A stretch of DNA of 64,000 nucleotides from Planctomycetota bacterium (GCA_965228735.1 OZ245838.1:5312001-5376000); one strand, 5' to 3'; counted from the first letter of the stretch, positions 17,366 to 28,498 are shown. Numbers and translations: made by a program. The notes: generated by a model not told the origin, from the sequence alone.

Positions 17366-19510
17366 ATGCGTCTTGCTCCGAGCGTCAGCATCCTGCTCGC
17401 CGGCTGCGCCATGACCCCGACCATGACCCAGAACATGACCGCCGGCCGCCCGACTCCCCCGACCGCCAAGCGCGTGCCGCACGAGCATCGCTATCACGGC
17501 GAGGTCTACGTCGACGACTACCATTGGCTGCGGGACAAGGAGTCGCCCGAGGTGCGGGCCTACCTCGAGGAAGAGAACGCCTACACCGACGCGTGCACCG
17601 CGCATCTGCAGCCGTTCGTCGACACGCTCTACGAGGAGATGGTCGCGCGCGTCCAGCAGACCGACCTCAGCGTGCCCGTGCGGCGCGGTGCCTTCTACTA
17701 CTACCACCGCACCGAGGAGGGGCTGCAGTATCCGATCCGTTGTCGGCGTGCGGCCAACGCGGACGGCAGTGACGACACGGATGCCGAGGAGCAGGTGCTG
17801 CTCGACCAGAACGCGATGGCCGAGGGGCTGACCTATCTCGGCATCGGCGACGTCGAGGTCAGCGACAGCGATCGACTGCTCGCGTATTCGACCGACGAGA
17901 CCGGCTTCCGGCAGTACACGCTCCACGTCAAGGATCTCGCCACCGGCGAAGTGCAGGGCGCGCTCGCCGAACGCGTCACGTCGGTCGAATGGGCCGCGGA
18001 CGACCGCACGCTGTTCTACGTCACCGAGGATCCGGTCACCAAGCGCAGCAACAAGCTGTTCCGGCGGACCCTCGACGGCGAACCCGAGCTGCTCTACGAG
18101 GAGGCGGACGAGCTCTTCCGGATCGGGATCGGTCGGACGAAGGACGGCGCGTATCTCGTGCTCGCCGCGTTCAGCACCGACACGTACGAGTGTCGCTGCC
18201 TCGCCGCGAGCGACCCGGGCGGCGCGTTCGACGTCCTGCTGCCGCGGGAGAAGGGCCACCGCTATCACGTCGTCGGGCATCGCGACGGCGCATTCTTCCT
18301 GCGCACGGACAAGGACGCGCTCAACTGGCGGATCGTGCGCGGGCCGGTCGACGACGTGCGTCCGGAGCGGTGGCAGGACGTCGTCGAGCATCGCGATGAC
18401 GTGCTCGTGACGAGCTTCGAGACGTTTGCCGACTTCGCCGTGGTCGTCGAACGCGAACTCGGGCTCAACCGCTTCCGCATTCTCGACTTCGGCAGCGACG
18501 AGTGGCGCACCATCGAGTTCCCCGAGGCCGTCTACGCGGCCGACAGCGGTGGCACGCCCGAGTACACGTCGACGACGTACCGCATCGCGTATCAGTCGAT
18601 GGTCACCCCGCCTTGCGTCTACGACTACGACCTGCGGACGCTCGCGCGTGAGCTGAAGAAGCAGCGCGAGGTGCACGACTACGACCCGGGCGACTACGTG
18701 ACCGAACGGGTGTGGGCCAAGGCCCGCGATGGCGCCGAAGTGCCCGTGTCGGTGGTGTATCGCCGCGGGCTCGAGAAGAACGGCAGCGCGCCGCTGTGGC
18801 TCTACGGCTACGGCTCGTACGGCATCTCGGTGCCGCCGGGGTTCAACAGCGATCGCGTGAGCCTGCTCGATCGCGGCGTCGTGTTCGCGATCGCGCACAT
18901 CCGCGGCAGCAGCACGCTCGGTGAGGCATGGCGGCGCGCCGGGATGCTGATGGACAAGCAGAACACGTTCACCGACTTCATCGACGTCGCCGAGCACATG
19001 ATCGCCACCGGTTGGGCCGGGAAGGACAAGGTGCTCGCGGAGGGCGGCAGCGCGGGCGGTCTGCTCATGGGAGCGGTCGCCAACATGCGGCCCGATCTGT
19101 GGCGCGGGATCCACAGCGCGGTGCCGTTCGTCGACGTGATGAACACGATGATGGACGCGACGCTGCCGCTCACCGTTGGCGAGTATCTCGAGTGGGGCAA
19201 CCCCAACGAGAAGTCAGCGTTCGACTACATGATGTCGTACAGCCCGTACGAGAACCTCGAGGCCAAGGCGTATCCCGCGACCCTCGTGACGACGAGCTTC
19301 AACGACTCGCAGGTGATGTATTGGGAGCCCGCGAAATACGTGGCCCGCCTGCGGACGCTGAAGGCGGAGTGCCAGGACAGGAGCGAGCTGCTGCTCAAGT
19401 GCAAGCTCGAGGCGGCGGGTCACGGCGGCGCGTCCGGGCGCTACGACCGGTGGCGCGATCGCGCGTTCGAGGTGGCGTGGATGCTCGCGCAGGTCGGGAT
19501 CGACCGCTGA
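17366..19510 (+). CDS. ptrB: Oligopeptidase B (S9A)
   Basis: DDYHWLRD, YGYGSYG, GGSAGG, VPFVDV, DSQVMYWEPAKY and GHGGASGRY motifs. Confidence 0.93.
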   Translation: MRLAPSVSILLAGCAMTPTMTQNMTAGRPTPPTAKRVPHEHRYHGEVYVDDYHWLRDKESPEVRAYLEEENAYTDACTAHLQPFVDTLYEEMVARVQQTDLSVPVRRGAFYYYHRTEEGLQYPIRCRRAANADGSDDTDAEEQVLLDQNAMAEGLTYLGIGDVEVSDSDRLLAYSTDETGFRQYTLHVKDLATGEVQGALAERVTSVEWAADDRTLFYVTEDPVTKRSNKLFRRTLDGEPELLYEEADELFRIGIGRTKDGAYLVLAAFSTDTYECRCLAASDPGGAFDVLLPREKGHRYHVVGHRDGAFFLRTDKDALNWRIVRGPVDDVRPERWQDVVEHRDDVLVTSFETFADFAVVVERELGLNRFRILDFGSDEWRTIEFPEAVYAADSGGTPEYTSTTYRIAYQSMVTPPCVYDYDLRTLARELKKQREVHDYDPGDYVTERVWAKARDGAEVPVSVVYRRGLEKNGSAPLWLYGYGSYGISVPPGFNSDRVSLLDRGVVFAIAHIRGSSTLGEAWRRAGMLMDKQNTFTDFIDVAEHMIATGWAGKDKVLAEGGSAGGLLMGAVANMRPDLWRGIHSAVPFVDVMNTMMDATLPLTVGEYLEWGNPNEKSAFDYMMSYSPYENLEAKAYPATLVTTSFNDSQVMYWEPAKYVARLRTLKAECQDRSELLLKCKLEAAGHGGASGRYDRWRDRAFEVAWMLAQVGIDR

Positions 19511-19543
19511 CATCGCGTGGGCCGTTCGGTCGAGCGCCGCTGG

Positions 19544-20404
19544 TCAGCTCGACGATCGGTTGCGCGCCGACTGGGCTGCCACCAGGCGATCTTCGCTGAT
19601 CCTGAACAGCCGTGAGGCAGTTCGCCAACTGACGTTCTCGAACTGCTCGTCGTTCAGCTCGAGCTCGCTCAGCAGCTTCAGATAGGGTCGCATGTTGACG
19701 AGCGGCCAATCGCTCCCGTACATGAGCTGACTGCCCGGGTCGCCCATGTAGGTGATCATGTCCTTGAGCCGCATCGCGACGTAGCGCTCGAATTCGTACG
19801 TGAAGTCGCCGAGCGTCAGCCCCGAGATGTCGGCGTAGACGTTGTCGTTCTTGTAGAGCACCTCGGCTGCGTCCTGGAACCAGGGGTTGCCGAGGTGGCA
19901 CATCACGAAGCGGTTGTCGGGGTAGTCGACGGCGATGTCGTCGACCAACAACGGGTGCGCCATCCTGACCTTGGCGGTCTTGCTGTAGGTGTCCCCCGTG
20001 TGGATCATCACCGGCACGTGGTGTTTCGCGGCGATCCGGAACACGGTTTCGAGGGACGGATCGTTGATCGGGTAGTGGTCGTAGCCGGGGTAGAGCTTGA
20101 TGCCCTGGATCTGGCCGTCCCGGATGCGTTCCTCGAGCGAGAACAGGTCGGATCGTTCGTCGCCGCGCCAGCGCAGGCCTTCCACGACGGTGATGCGCGG
20201 ATCGGCCGCGAGCAGCGCGAGCACCTCTTCGGCGCTCGGTCGATCCATGTCGACCTTGTAGGACGTGATGACGACCGCGTGGTCGATGGCGAGCTCGTTC
20301 ATCTTCGCGAACAGGTCGCGCACGTTGTCGGCGGTCGGACGTCGGGTCGATTCGTGGTAGTTGTTGAGGTGAACGTGGACGTCGATCAGAAAGCGCGAGC
20401 CCAT
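19544..20404 (-). CDS. Amidohydrolase (Amidohydro_2 family)
   Basis: IDVHVH, GIKLYPGY, IHTG, CHLGNP and YGSDWP motifs. Confidence 0.92.
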   Translation of the reverse strand: MGSRFLIDVHVHLNNYHESTRRPTADNVRDLFAKMNELAIDHAVVITSYKVDMDRPSAEEVLALLAADPRITVVEGLRWRGDERSDLFSLEERIRDGQIQGIKLYPGYDHYPINDPSLETVFRIAAKHHVPVMIHTGDTYSKTAKVRMAHPLLVDDIAVDYPDNRFVMCHLGNPWFQDAAEVLYKNDNVYADISGLTLGDFTYEFERYVAMRLKDMITYMGDPGSQLMYGSDWPLVNMRPYLKLLSELELNDEQFENVSWRTASRLFRISEDRLVAAQSARNRSSS

Positions 20405-20446
20405 GCCGAGACGCTACAGCCTGCCCTGGGTCAGTCCCATGGCGCG

Positions 20447-21394
20447 TTGGCGCTGCATGTCCTGACGGGATTCCTGGGCAGCGGCAAGACCGAGCTGTTG
20501 CGCGCTCTGCTCACTCGCACCGCGGCCGGGCGGGGGGCGAGAATCGGCGTGCTCGTCAACGAGGTGGGCGAGTTGCCGGTCGACCAGCAGTTGCTCGAGG
20601 AGGTCGATGAGGGCGTCATGGCCCTGCCCGGCGGCTGCGTGTGCTGCGTACTGCGCGACGATCTCTACGGCGCCGTCGTCCGGCTCGCCGCGCAGCAGCC
20701 GGATCGGATCGTCTTGGAGACCACGGGGCTCGCGGACCCGGCGCCGATCCTCGCGGCGTTGACGACCGATCGCCGGCTCCGTCGGCTGCTGCGTTGCGAT
20801 GGCGTCGTCACGGTCGTCGACTGCCTGCGTGCGGAGTCGCTGTTCGAAGAACATGCGGAGTTTCGCCGGCAGCTCGACTTCGCGGATCGGATCGTCCTGA
20901 CGAAGGTGGACCTCGCCGGCGAACGTGGCGACGCGCTGCTGTCGTGGCTGGCCGAGCGCGCGCCGGGACGCGAGGTCCGGCGCGCCGACCGCGGCGACGT
21001 GGACGCCGAGTGGCTCTTCGGTCCCCGTCGGTTCCATCGGACCGGTGACGACGTCGCGTGGCTGCACCATGGCGCGGAACACCACCATCGAGACTTCTCT
21101 ACCCACCTCGTCGAGTCGCACCGGCCGGTGGATCTCGACGCGCTGCAGCTGTGGTTGCGCCTCGTCACGCAGGTCGACGGTGAGCGGTTGTTGCGCATCA
21201 AGGCGCTCGTTCGCTGTGCGAACACGGGCGGCCTCTTCGTCGTGCAGTCCGCCGGGCGGAGCGTGTCGGCCGCGCAACGCGTCGAGAGTGCGTCCGACGT
21301 TCGCGGCGCCGAGGTCGTCGTCATCCAGCGCGGGATGCCGGAACACGCGCTCGCCGCGCTGCTGGTGGCTCTGCGCAGCGCGCTGCTCGCGTGA
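20447..21394 (+). CDS. COG0523/CobW-family G3E GTPase metallochaperone
   Basis: GFLGSGKT, NEVGE, GCVCC, ETTG, TKVD, His-rich linker HHGAEHHH and a CobW_C-like LLRIK. Start uncertain (TTG 20447). Confidence 0.9.
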   Translation: MALHVLTGFLGSGKTELLRALLTRTAAGRGARIGVLVNEVGELPVDQQLLEEVDEGVMALPGGCVCCVLRDDLYGAVVRLAAQQPDRIVLETTGLADPAPILAALTTDRRLRRLLRCDGVVTVVDCLRAESLFEEHAEFRRQLDFADRIVLTKVDLAGERGDALLSWLAERAPGREVRRADRGDVDAEWLFGPRRFHRTGDDVAWLHHGAEHHHRDFSTHLVESHRPVDLDALQLWLRLVTQVDGERLLRIKALVRCANTGGLFVVQSAGRSVSAAQRVESASDVRGAEVVVIQRGMPEHALAALLVALRSALLA

Positions 21395-21544
21395 TGTGAG
21401 TTGCGCTGCCGGAGCCGTTCCCCGGCTGACGATGGCGCGCGAATTTCATCCGACCTCGCTGAGGTGTCGTCGACGCAGCCCGCATCGGTCGCTTCGATGC
21501 GGACTCGTACCTGCGGCGTTCCCGAAGGTCTTAGCCTTGTCGGC

Positions 21545-22477
21545 ATGACAGCCGAACTCGATGGGCGGCGGTTCGTGATCGCAGGTGGCAGTGGCTTTCT
21601 GGGCTGCAATCTCGCTCGGCATCTCGCCGAGGCGGGATCGGACGTCGTGATCCTGTCGCGCAGTCCCGCGCCGGCCGGCCCGTGGCGCTGGCTCGAGTGG
21701 GACGCGCGCACCGTTGGTGATTGGCGCGAATGCCTCGACGGTGCTGCCGGCGTGGTCAACCTCGCTGGCCGGACCGTCGACTGCATCAAGACGCCGGATC
21801 ACTGCGACGAGATCCTGCGATCGCGCGTCGAGTCGACCCACGCGGTCGGCGCAGCGCTGCAGAGCGTCGAGAAGCCGCCGCCGGTCTGGGTGCAGATGAG
21901 CACGGCGCACATCTACGGCGACCCGCCGACCGTCAAGTGCGACGAGGACTCGGCGTTCGGCTTCGGGCTCGCACCGATCGTCGGTCGCGCCTGGGAGGCG
22001 GCGCTCGCGGCAGCCGCGCCATCCGGCCTGCGCACGGTCGTTCTGCGCACGAGCTTCGTGCTCGGCGGCACCGGTGGCGCGCTGCCGACGTTGGCACGGC
22101 TCGCGCGCTGGGGACTCGGCGGCACGATCGGGCACGGGCGCCAGGGGATGAGCTGGATCCACGAACGTGACATGAATCGTCTGTTCGAACGTGCCCTGCT
22201 CGATCCGACGATGCGCGGCGCCTACCTCGCGACCGCGCCGCGTCCCGTCAGCAATCGCGACTTCATGCGCAGCCTGCGGTGCGCGCTCGGCCGCCCGTTC
22301 GGCCTGCCCGCACCGGCGTTCGCCGTGCGCATCGTGGCGCCGCTGCTGCTGCGCACCGACCCCGAACTCGCGCTCTACGGGCGCTACTGCGTCTCGCGCC
22401 GCCTCGCCGAGGACGGCTTCGCCTTCGAGTTCGAAGAACTCGAAGGCGCGCTGCGCCACCTGCTGCGGGGCTCCTAG
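21545..22477 (+). CDS. NAD-dependent epimerase family, TIGR01777/YfcH-like with DUF1731
   Basis: [21 protein letters not shown] and [11 protein letters not shown] motifs. Confidence 0.9.
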   Translation: MTAELDGRRFVIAGGSGFLGCNLARHLAEAGSDVVILSRSPAPAGPWRWLEWDARTVGDWRECLDGAAGVVNLAGRTVDCIKTPDHCDEILRSRVESTHAVGAALQSVEKPPPVWVQMSTAHIYGDPPTVKCDEDSAFGFGLAPIVGRAWEAALAAAAPSGLRTVVLRTSFVLGGTGGALPTLARLARWGLGGTIGHGRQGMSWIHERDMNRLFERALLDPTMRGAYLATAPRPVSNRDFMRSLRCALGRPFGLPAPAFAVRIVAPLLLRTDPELALYGRYCVSRRLAEDGFAFEFEELEGALRHLLRGS

Positions 22478-23340
22478 AAGCGGAACGTGCCGAACACCGA
22501 GAACATGTCCTCGTCGGCGCCGTTGCTGTCGGACGCTTCGAAGTGCGTGAGCTCGGCGTTCACCGCGATCGTCGGTGTCACCCAGGCCGCGCCGCGGACG
22601 CCGACCGTGACGCCGGCGCGCAGGTCGGCGCCGCCGAGCGAGAGGTTCAGTATCGCGCCGCCGCTGTATTCGGGCGTGAAGTAGAAGTCGCCCTCGGCGC
22701 CGATCTCGAAGTTGACGTCGTCGGTGCTGCCCGGGTCGACGTGCACGAACTGCGCGTGCGCCTCGACGTTGATCGCGCGATTGTCACCGATGTCGCGAAC
22801 CACCTTGCCGAACGCGCCGAACACGGTCTCCGTGATGTTGAGCAGGCCACCGGCTTCGGTCTCCTCGCGCGAGAACCGGCCGCCGATGATCATGTCGTCC
22901 TCGAGCCAGTAGCCGAGATCGCCGTGGATCAGCCACTGGTCGACGTCGACGCCGCCGTCGCCGCTGAGCGAGCCGTACTCGAAGCCCGCGGTCGCCGCGA
23001 TCTGCTCGTCCGGCTTCGCGTAGCGGAACTCGGCGCCGACGGTCGGCCCGTCCGCGTCGAAACCGCCGATCTCGAACCGCGTGTAGTCGATGTCGGCCGC
23101 GACGTACATCGCCCGTTCGAGGAACGCCGCCTCCGTGCGCGGGTGGGCGCCGACGCTGACGGCGTCGAAGAAGTAGCGCCCTTCGACGAACAGCGTGTTG
23201 ACGTCGATGTCGGGGTTCGTGTCGGTGGTCGTGGAGCGCCATCCGGACAGGATCTCGTACTGGAACAGATCCGGGTCCTGGGCGGCGAGGGCGGGGGAAA
23301 GCGCGCCCATCGCGAGGGCGAGCCACGTGGTCTTGGTCAT
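22474..23340 (-). CDS. Outer-membrane beta-barrel, putative porin
   Basis: Signal peptide, amphipathic beta-strands, GRYFFDAV...[10 protein letters not shown]-terminal ...GTFRF. Confidence 0.8.
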   Translation of the reverse strand: MTKTTWLALAMGALSPALAAQDPDLFQYEILSGWRSTTTDTNPDIDVNTLFVEGRYFFDAVSVGAHPRTEAAFLERAMYVAADIDYTRFEIGGFDADGPTVGAEFRYAKPDEQIAATAGFEYGSLSGDGGVDVDQWLIHGDLGYWLEDDMIIGGRFSREETEAGGLLNITETVFGAFGKVVRDIGDNRAINVEAHAQFVHVDPGSTDDVNFEIGAEGDFYFTPEYSGGAILNLSLGGADLRAGVTVGVRGAAWVTPTIAVNAELTHFEASDSNGADEDMFSVFGTFRF

Positions 23341-23524
23341 CGGGATCTCCATCGTTGGGGATCCTCCGTATCGGCCATGCCATCGGAAAGCTGTTCCCAA
23401 ATCGTCGATTCGGTCGCACCGGTGAATCCCGATTCCAAGGACCCACCATGCAGCACCACGGGAGCCCTCGAGCAGCAGGCGGGAATGGCGGGTTCTCTGT
23501 CCCGAGCCCTATGCTCGGCGCGCC

Positions 23525-25189
23525 ATGTTCGACCCGACCCGTGCATCGCTGCGCCTCGCCGTTCTCCTCGCGACCCTCGGCCCGATCGTCGCGCAGAACG
23601 ACCCGATCCCCGACGGCTTCTCGCGTCAGGACTGGCTGCGCGGTTCGATCTCGCCGGAGCGCGCCTGGTGGGACGTGCAGCACTATGCGCTGGCCCTCGA
23701 GGTCTTCCCCGAGAAGAAGAGCATCGCGGGGCACAACACGATCCGGTTCAAGGCTCTGAAAGCCGGCAAGCGCATGCAGGTCGACCTGCAACCACCGCTC
23801 GCGGTCACCAAGGTGATGCACGGCGAACGTGAGCTCGAGTTCGAGCGCGAGGGCAAGGTCTACTGGGTCGACTTCCCCGAGGCCGTTCCGGCCGGTCGCG
23901 AGACCACGGTCCGCGTGCACTACGAGGGTCGGCCGCGGCAGAGCACGCGACCGCCGTGGAGCGGCGGCTTCTCGTGGCGCAAGGACGATCGGGGCAAGCA
24001 CTTCATCGCGACGACGTGCCAGGGCATCGGTGCGAGCATCTGGTGGCCCAACAAGGACCACGGCGCGGACGAACCGGATCAAGGCATGGACATCATCGTC
24101 ACGGTGCCCGAGGGCCTCGTCGCGGTGTCCAACGGCCGTCTGACGGCCGATGTCGCGAACACCGAGGCCGGGACGCACACGTTCCACTGGACGGTGACGA
24201 ACCCGATCAACAACTACGGGGTCAACGTCAACATCGGCAACTACGTGAGCGCCGAATCGACGTACCAGGGCGAGGGTGGCGAGCTCGACGTGCAGTACTG
24301 GATGCTCGCGCACGAGCAGGAGCAGGCCAAGAAGCAGTTCGCCGAGGTGCCGCGCACGCTCGCCGCGTTCGAGCACTGGTTCGGCAAGTACCCGTTCTAC
24401 GAGGACAGCTACAAGATCGTCGTCGTGCCCTACCTCGGTATGGAGCACCAGAGTTCGGTGACCTACGGTAACGGCTACCAGAACGGCTATCTCGGGCGCG
24501 ACCTCAGCCGCACCGGCGTCGGCATGAAATTCGACTTCATCGTCGTGCACGAATCGGCCCACGAGTGGTGGGGCAACAACGTGTCGATGCAGGACGCGGC
24601 CGACATGTGGATCCACGAGAGCTTCGCGAACTACGCGGAGAACCTCTTCGTCGAGTACCACTTCACCGCGAAGGAGGCGCAGGACTACGTGATCGGCTGC
24701 CGCGCGCTGATTCAGAACGACACGCCGATCATCGGCACCTACGGCGTCAACAAGTCCGGCTCGGGCGACATGTACTACAAGGGCGGCAACATGCTGCACA
24801 CGATGCGGCACATGCTCGACGACGACGACAAGTGGCGGGCGATGCTGCGCGCGGTCAACGAGCACTTCTGGCACCGGACCGTGACGACCGCGGAGTTCGA
24901 GGCGTTCGTGAGCGAGCAATGCGGGTTCGACTTCGGCAAGGTGTTCGATCAGTACCTGCGCACGACGAAGATCCCCGCACTGCACTACGCAGCAAGTGCG
25001 GACGGCAAGACGCTTAGCCTCTGGTTCGAGAACGTCGTGGACGGCTTCGAAGTGCCCGTCGACGTGCGGATCAACGGGCTGGAACGGCGCGTGACGGTCG
25101 GCACGAAGAAGCTGCAGGTCCCGCTCGAGGCGAAGCTGGCGGCCTTCAAGCTCGACCGCAACTTCTACATGCGGACGGTCGAGGGATAG
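23525..25189 (+). CDS. M1 family zinc aminopeptidase, exported
   Basis: LGMEHQ, HESAHEWWGN...MWIHESFANY and MYYKG motifs. Confidence 0.93.
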   Translation: MFDPTRASLRLAVLLATLGPIVAQNDPIPDGFSRQDWLRGSISPERAWWDVQHYALALEVFPEKKSIAGHNTIRFKALKAGKRMQVDLQPPLAVTKVMHGERELEFEREGKVYWVDFPEAVPAGRETTVRVHYEGRPRQSTRPPWSGGFSWRKDDRGKHFIATTCQGIGASIWWPNKDHGADEPDQGMDIIVTVPEGLVAVSNGRLTADVANTEAGTHTFHWTVTNPINNYGVNVNIGNYVSAESTYQGEGGELDVQYWMLAHEQEQAKKQFAEVPRTLAAFEHWFGKYPFYEDSYKIVVVPYLGMEHQSSVTYGNGYQNGYLGRDLSRTGVGMKFDFIVVHESAHEWWGNNVSMQDAADMWIHESFANYAENLFVEYHFTAKEAQDYVIGCRALIQNDTPIIGTYGVNKSGSGDMYYKGGNMLHTMRHMLDDDDKWRAMLRAVNEHFWHRTVTTAEFEAFVSEQCGFDFGKVFDQYLRTTKIPALHYAASADGKTLSLWFENVVDGFEVPVDVRINGLERRVTVGTKKLQVPLEAKLAAFKLDRNFYMRTVEG

Positions 25190-25198
25190 GCCCTTCGC

Positions 25199-26521
25199 TC
25201 ACTCCGGCTGCGGCAGCCGGATCCACGCAGGCAGGTGGTCGCTGACGTCCCATTCGACCCAGTCCATCACGTCGTCCCGCACGCTCTTCGGCAGTCGATC
25301 GAACGGCGATCCCGGCGTGTCGCCCTGATCCCGCACGGCCTGCGCCCAGGCATCGGGTTCGAGGAGGTCGGCGAGCAGGTCCGTGAAGCGGAAGACGCCG
25401 TAGTCGTACGTCGTGCCCGTGCCGGTCACGTTCTCGTTCGCATCGTGCCGCGGCAGCCGCGGGTCGCGGCAGAACAACCCGATCTGGTCATAGGCCTCGT
25501 TCTGCCTCGCGTTGGTGCGCAGCGGTCCCTGTCGCGGATGGTCGTCGAGCAACGGGAAGTTGGCGTCCGCGCTGCTGCGCGACGTGAGACGCTCGGAGTT
25601 GAACCGCTTGATCTTCCACTCGAGGAAGTCGCGCGCCGACGCCGTGGCTTCGAGCGGCGGGTTCTCCTCGGCCACGGCCTCCCGCAGATTCTCGGTCTCG
25701 AGGTTGCAGTCGCCGAGCAGGAAGAGGTTGGGGGCGTAGAGCTTCTCGGGGTACTTGGCCCGGTTGGCGAGCCACTCCACGAGCTCGAGGAACTCCCACA
25801 GCCGTTCGTTCTCGTCCTTGCCGTAGAGCAGGTGGGCGTTGACGGCGAGCAGGTCGAGGGGTTCCGCGTTGCCGCGCGGCCGCACGCGGAACGAAGCGAC
25901 GTGCGGCGCGCGGATGAACGTGAGGAACGTCGGCAACGTGAACCACGGTTTGGCGGGCCGGTCGCGGCCCGCGGCGTCCGCGGCCTCGCAGTCGCGCTCC
26001 CACTGCTCGACCAACGCCGCGTAGGCCGCGGTCGAGGTGCCGATCTCGGCCCGCCGGCGATAGAGCGTGTCGGCGACCTGCGAGCGGTCGGCAGTGATCT
26101 CGGACGACAGCTCCGTGTGCGCGATGCGCCGCGGGTCGTAGAGGAACGCCATGCGCTCCGTGCTCCCGACACCACCCGGCCGACTGCCGGCGATGTCGCT
26201 GATGAGCAGGCTGAGCTTGCGGCGGTGATTCGCGCGGAGGTCGCGCTGCAGTCGCAACAGCCCGTCGAGGTCGTCCTGCACCTCCTGGATCGCGAGCAGG
26301 TCGAACGGCGCACAGGCGCGCGCGAGCAGCCGCCAGGCGCCCGGCGCGCGGCCCGACCCCCGATCGCTCGTGCGATCGTCGCCCTTGCCGAGCTTGCGGA
26401 TGTTGAACGTGCCGATCAGCACGCTGCCGCTGCGACGCGTCGGCAGGCCGTGCTTCTTGAGCCGGTGGGTGGTGAGCGCGTCGGCGACGGTCTGCCAGCG
26501 CTGCAGTTCGAGCTTGGCCAT
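25199..26521 (-). CDS. Endonuclease/exonuclease/phosphatase (EEP) family protein
   Basis: GTFNI, AIQEV, NAHL, LGDCN, YDQI and SDHLP motifs; GGAGG RBS. Confidence 0.9.
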   Translation of the reverse strand: MAKLELQRWQTVADALTTHRLKKHGLPTRRSGSVLIGTFNIRKLGKGDDRTSDRGSGRAPGAWRLLARACAPFDLLAIQEVQDDLDGLLRLQRDLRANHRRKLSLLISDIAGSRPGGVGSTERMAFLYDPRRIAHTELSSEITADRSQVADTLYRRRAEIGTSTAAYAALVEQWERDCEAADAAGRDRPAKPWFTLPTFLTFIRAPHVASFRVRPRGNAEPLDLLAVNAHLLYGKDENERLWEFLELVEWLANRAKYPEKLYAPNLFLLGDCNLETENLREAVAEENPPLEATASARDFLEWKIKRFNSERLTSRSSADANFPLLDDHPRQGPLRTNARQNEAYDQIGLFCRDPRLPRHDANENVTGTGTTYDYGVFRFTDLLADLLEPDAWAQAVRDQGDTPGSPFDRLPKSVRDDVMDWVEWDVSDHLPAWIRLPQPE

Positions 26522-26623
26522 GGTTCTTCCTCCATCGCCAGTATGCCCGGCCCCGCTCCGGGGCGCTACTTCGAGCTCGCGGGTGCTGGAACGTTCACCG
26601 GCGGGCGGCGTAGATTCGCGACC

Positions 26624-27829
26624 ATGAGTCGCTCCGAGAAAGTCGAGTTCGACAACCGCCGCGGCGCCACGCTCGCCGGCCGCCTCGAGCTGCCGCCGAC
26701 CGCGCCGCGCGCGTTCGCGTTGTTCGCCCACTGCTTCACGTGCGGCAAGGACATCGCCGCGGCGACGCGCATCACGCGCGCGCTCGCCAGCAAGGGGTTC
26801 GGCGTCCTGCGGTTCGACTTCACCGGCCTCGGCAACAGCGGCGGCGACTTCGCGAACGAGAACTTCTCGTCCAACGTCGACGACCTCGTGGCGGCCGCGA
26901 ATTGGCTCGGCAAGCGGCACGCGACCCCGAAGCTGCTCGTCGGTCACAGTCTCGGGGGAGCTGCCGTGCTCGCCGCGGCGGGGCGCCTGCCCGACGTCGA
27001 GGCCGTCGTGACGATCGGAGCACCGAGTCATCCGGAACACGTCACGCACCTGCTCACGGACGACATCGAAACGATCAAACGCGAGGGCGAGGCCGAGGTC
27101 GCGCTCGCGGGGCGGCCGTTCCGGATCCAGAAGCAGTTCCTCGACGACCTCGAGCAGCAGGAAGTGCGCGGGAGCCTGGCAAAGCTCGGCAAGGCCACCC
27201 TGATCCTGCACAGTCCGCAGGACGACATCGTCGGTGTCGATCAGGCGCGTCGAATCTACGCGCAGCTCGAGCACCCGAAGAGTTTCGTGTCGCTCGACGA
27301 CGCCGATCATCTGCTGACGCGACGCGCGGACTCGAGCTACGTCGCGGACGTGATCAGCGCCTGGGCCGGCCGCTACCTGCCGCCGATCGACCACCCGGAC
27401 ACCGAGGGCGGCGCGGTGCGCGTCACGGGCCGCGGCGACTCGTTCTTGCAGCAGGTCACGGCCGGCCCGCACGACTGGCTCGCGGACGAACCGAAGAAGG
27501 TCGGCGGCGACGACCTTGGACCGACGCCCTACGACCTCCTGCTCGCTGCGCTCGGGACCTGCACGTCGATGACGCTCGGGATGTATGCGCGGCACAAGCA
27601 GCTGCCGCTCGAGTCCGTCACGGTCGAGCTGGAGCACGATCGGATCCACGCGGAGGATTGCGAGGACTGCGAGAAGACCACGGGCAAGATCGACCGGATT
27701 CGCCGCGTCCTCACGATCGAGGGTGACCTAGACGATGCGCAGCGTCAGCGCCTGCTCGAGATCGCGGACCGCTGCCCCGTGCACAAGACGCTCGAGAACG
27801 AGATCAAGGTCGAGACGCGGCTCGATTGA
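26624..27829 (+). CDS. Bifunctional alpha/beta hydrolase - OsmC family protein
   Basis: LFAHCFTCGKD, GHSLGG, ADEP...GPTPYDLL...GTCTSMT and RCPVH motifs. Confidence 0.93.
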   Translation: MSRSEKVEFDNRRGATLAGRLELPPTAPRAFALFAHCFTCGKDIAAATRITRALASKGFGVLRFDFTGLGNSGGDFANENFSSNVDDLVAAANWLGKRHATPKLLVGHSLGGAAVLAAAGRLPDVEAVVTIGAPSHPEHVTHLLTDDIETIKREGEAEVALAGRPFRIQKQFLDDLEQQEVRGSLAKLGKATLILHSPQDDIVGVDQARRIYAQLEHPKSFVSLDDADHLLTRRADSSYVADVISAWAGRYLPPIDHPDTEGGAVRVTGRGDSFLQQVTAGPHDWLADEPKKVGGDDLGPTPYDLLLAALGTCTSMTLGMYARHKQLPLESVTVELEHDRIHAEDCEDCEKTTGKIDRIRRVLTIEGDLDDAQRQRLLEIADRCPVHKTLENEIKVETRLD

Positions 27830-27880
27830 ACCGGCTCGACTGAATCGGGCTCGTGCGGAGATTGGGCTCGTTTGAACCGG
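27819..27880. repeat. Degenerate 14-17 bp tandem repeat x4 spanning the OsmC-gene stop codon
   Basis: ggctcgattgaacc / ggctcgactgaatcg / ggctcgtgcggagattg / ggctcgtttgaaccgg. Confidence 0.7.
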
Positions 27881-27917
27881 GACGACGAGGCGCCCGTTCT
27901 CTCGCGCGGAGGTCCCG

Positions 27918-28442
27918 ATGTCCCAGCCCCGCCCGAGCCAGCCCGCCGATCCGCGCGACACCGCGGAGAAGCCCGACATGACGCCGATGATCGACGTCGT
28001 GTTCCTCATGATCATCTTCTTCCTCTGCATCGACTTCCGGGTGCTCGAGGCGAAGCTGCCCGCGTTCTTGCCGAAGGACCGGGGCGGCTCGCACGCCCTC
28101 GTTCATCTGGTCGACCAGCTCGTCGTGCGGATCGAGCCAGTGGATCGCGGCACGCCCGTTCCCGAGCCGGACGGTGGGCGCTACCGGCTGACCGGACGGC
28201 AGGTGCGTTGGCGCGTCGGGCCCAGGCCCGTGCACAGCCTCGACGCGCTGTCGGCCGAACTGCAACGGGTCGCGGCATCGCCGAGCGCCCGCGTGCCGGA
28301 TCCCGATACCGGGGAGCTCGTGCTGCTCGATGCGCTCGTCGAGCCGCTCGCGGGTTCTTGTTACGCCGATGTCACCGCGGTGACGGACCGGCTCTACGCG
28401 GCCGGGTTCGAGGACATCCACTACGCGGGCGGGATTCGCTGA
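27918..28442 (+). CDS. exbD: Biopolymer transporter ExbD/TolR family protein
   Basis: DMTPMIDVVFLMIIFFL signature; C-terminal YADV..V.D.L..AGF. Confidence 0.85.
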   Translation: MSQPRPSQPADPRDTAEKPDMTPMIDVVFLMIIFFLCIDFRVLEAKLPAFLPKDRGGSHALVHLVDQLVVRIEPVDRGTPVPEPDGGRYRLTGRQVRWRVGPRPVHSLDALSAELQRVAASPSARVPDPDTGELVLLDALVEPLAGSCYADVTAVTDRLYAAGFEDIHYAGGIR

Positions 28443-28498
28443 CGCGCGAGCACGGGAAACGACGACCCGGCGCCGTTGTCGCATAGACTGCGGCGGCC

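Noticed and set aside
25199..27829. Apparent 2.4-kb antiparallel gene overlap (25199..27649 - versus 25235..27829 +)
   Set aside because: The real starts are 26521 (EEP) and 26624 (hydrolase-OsmC), so the genes are simply divergent.
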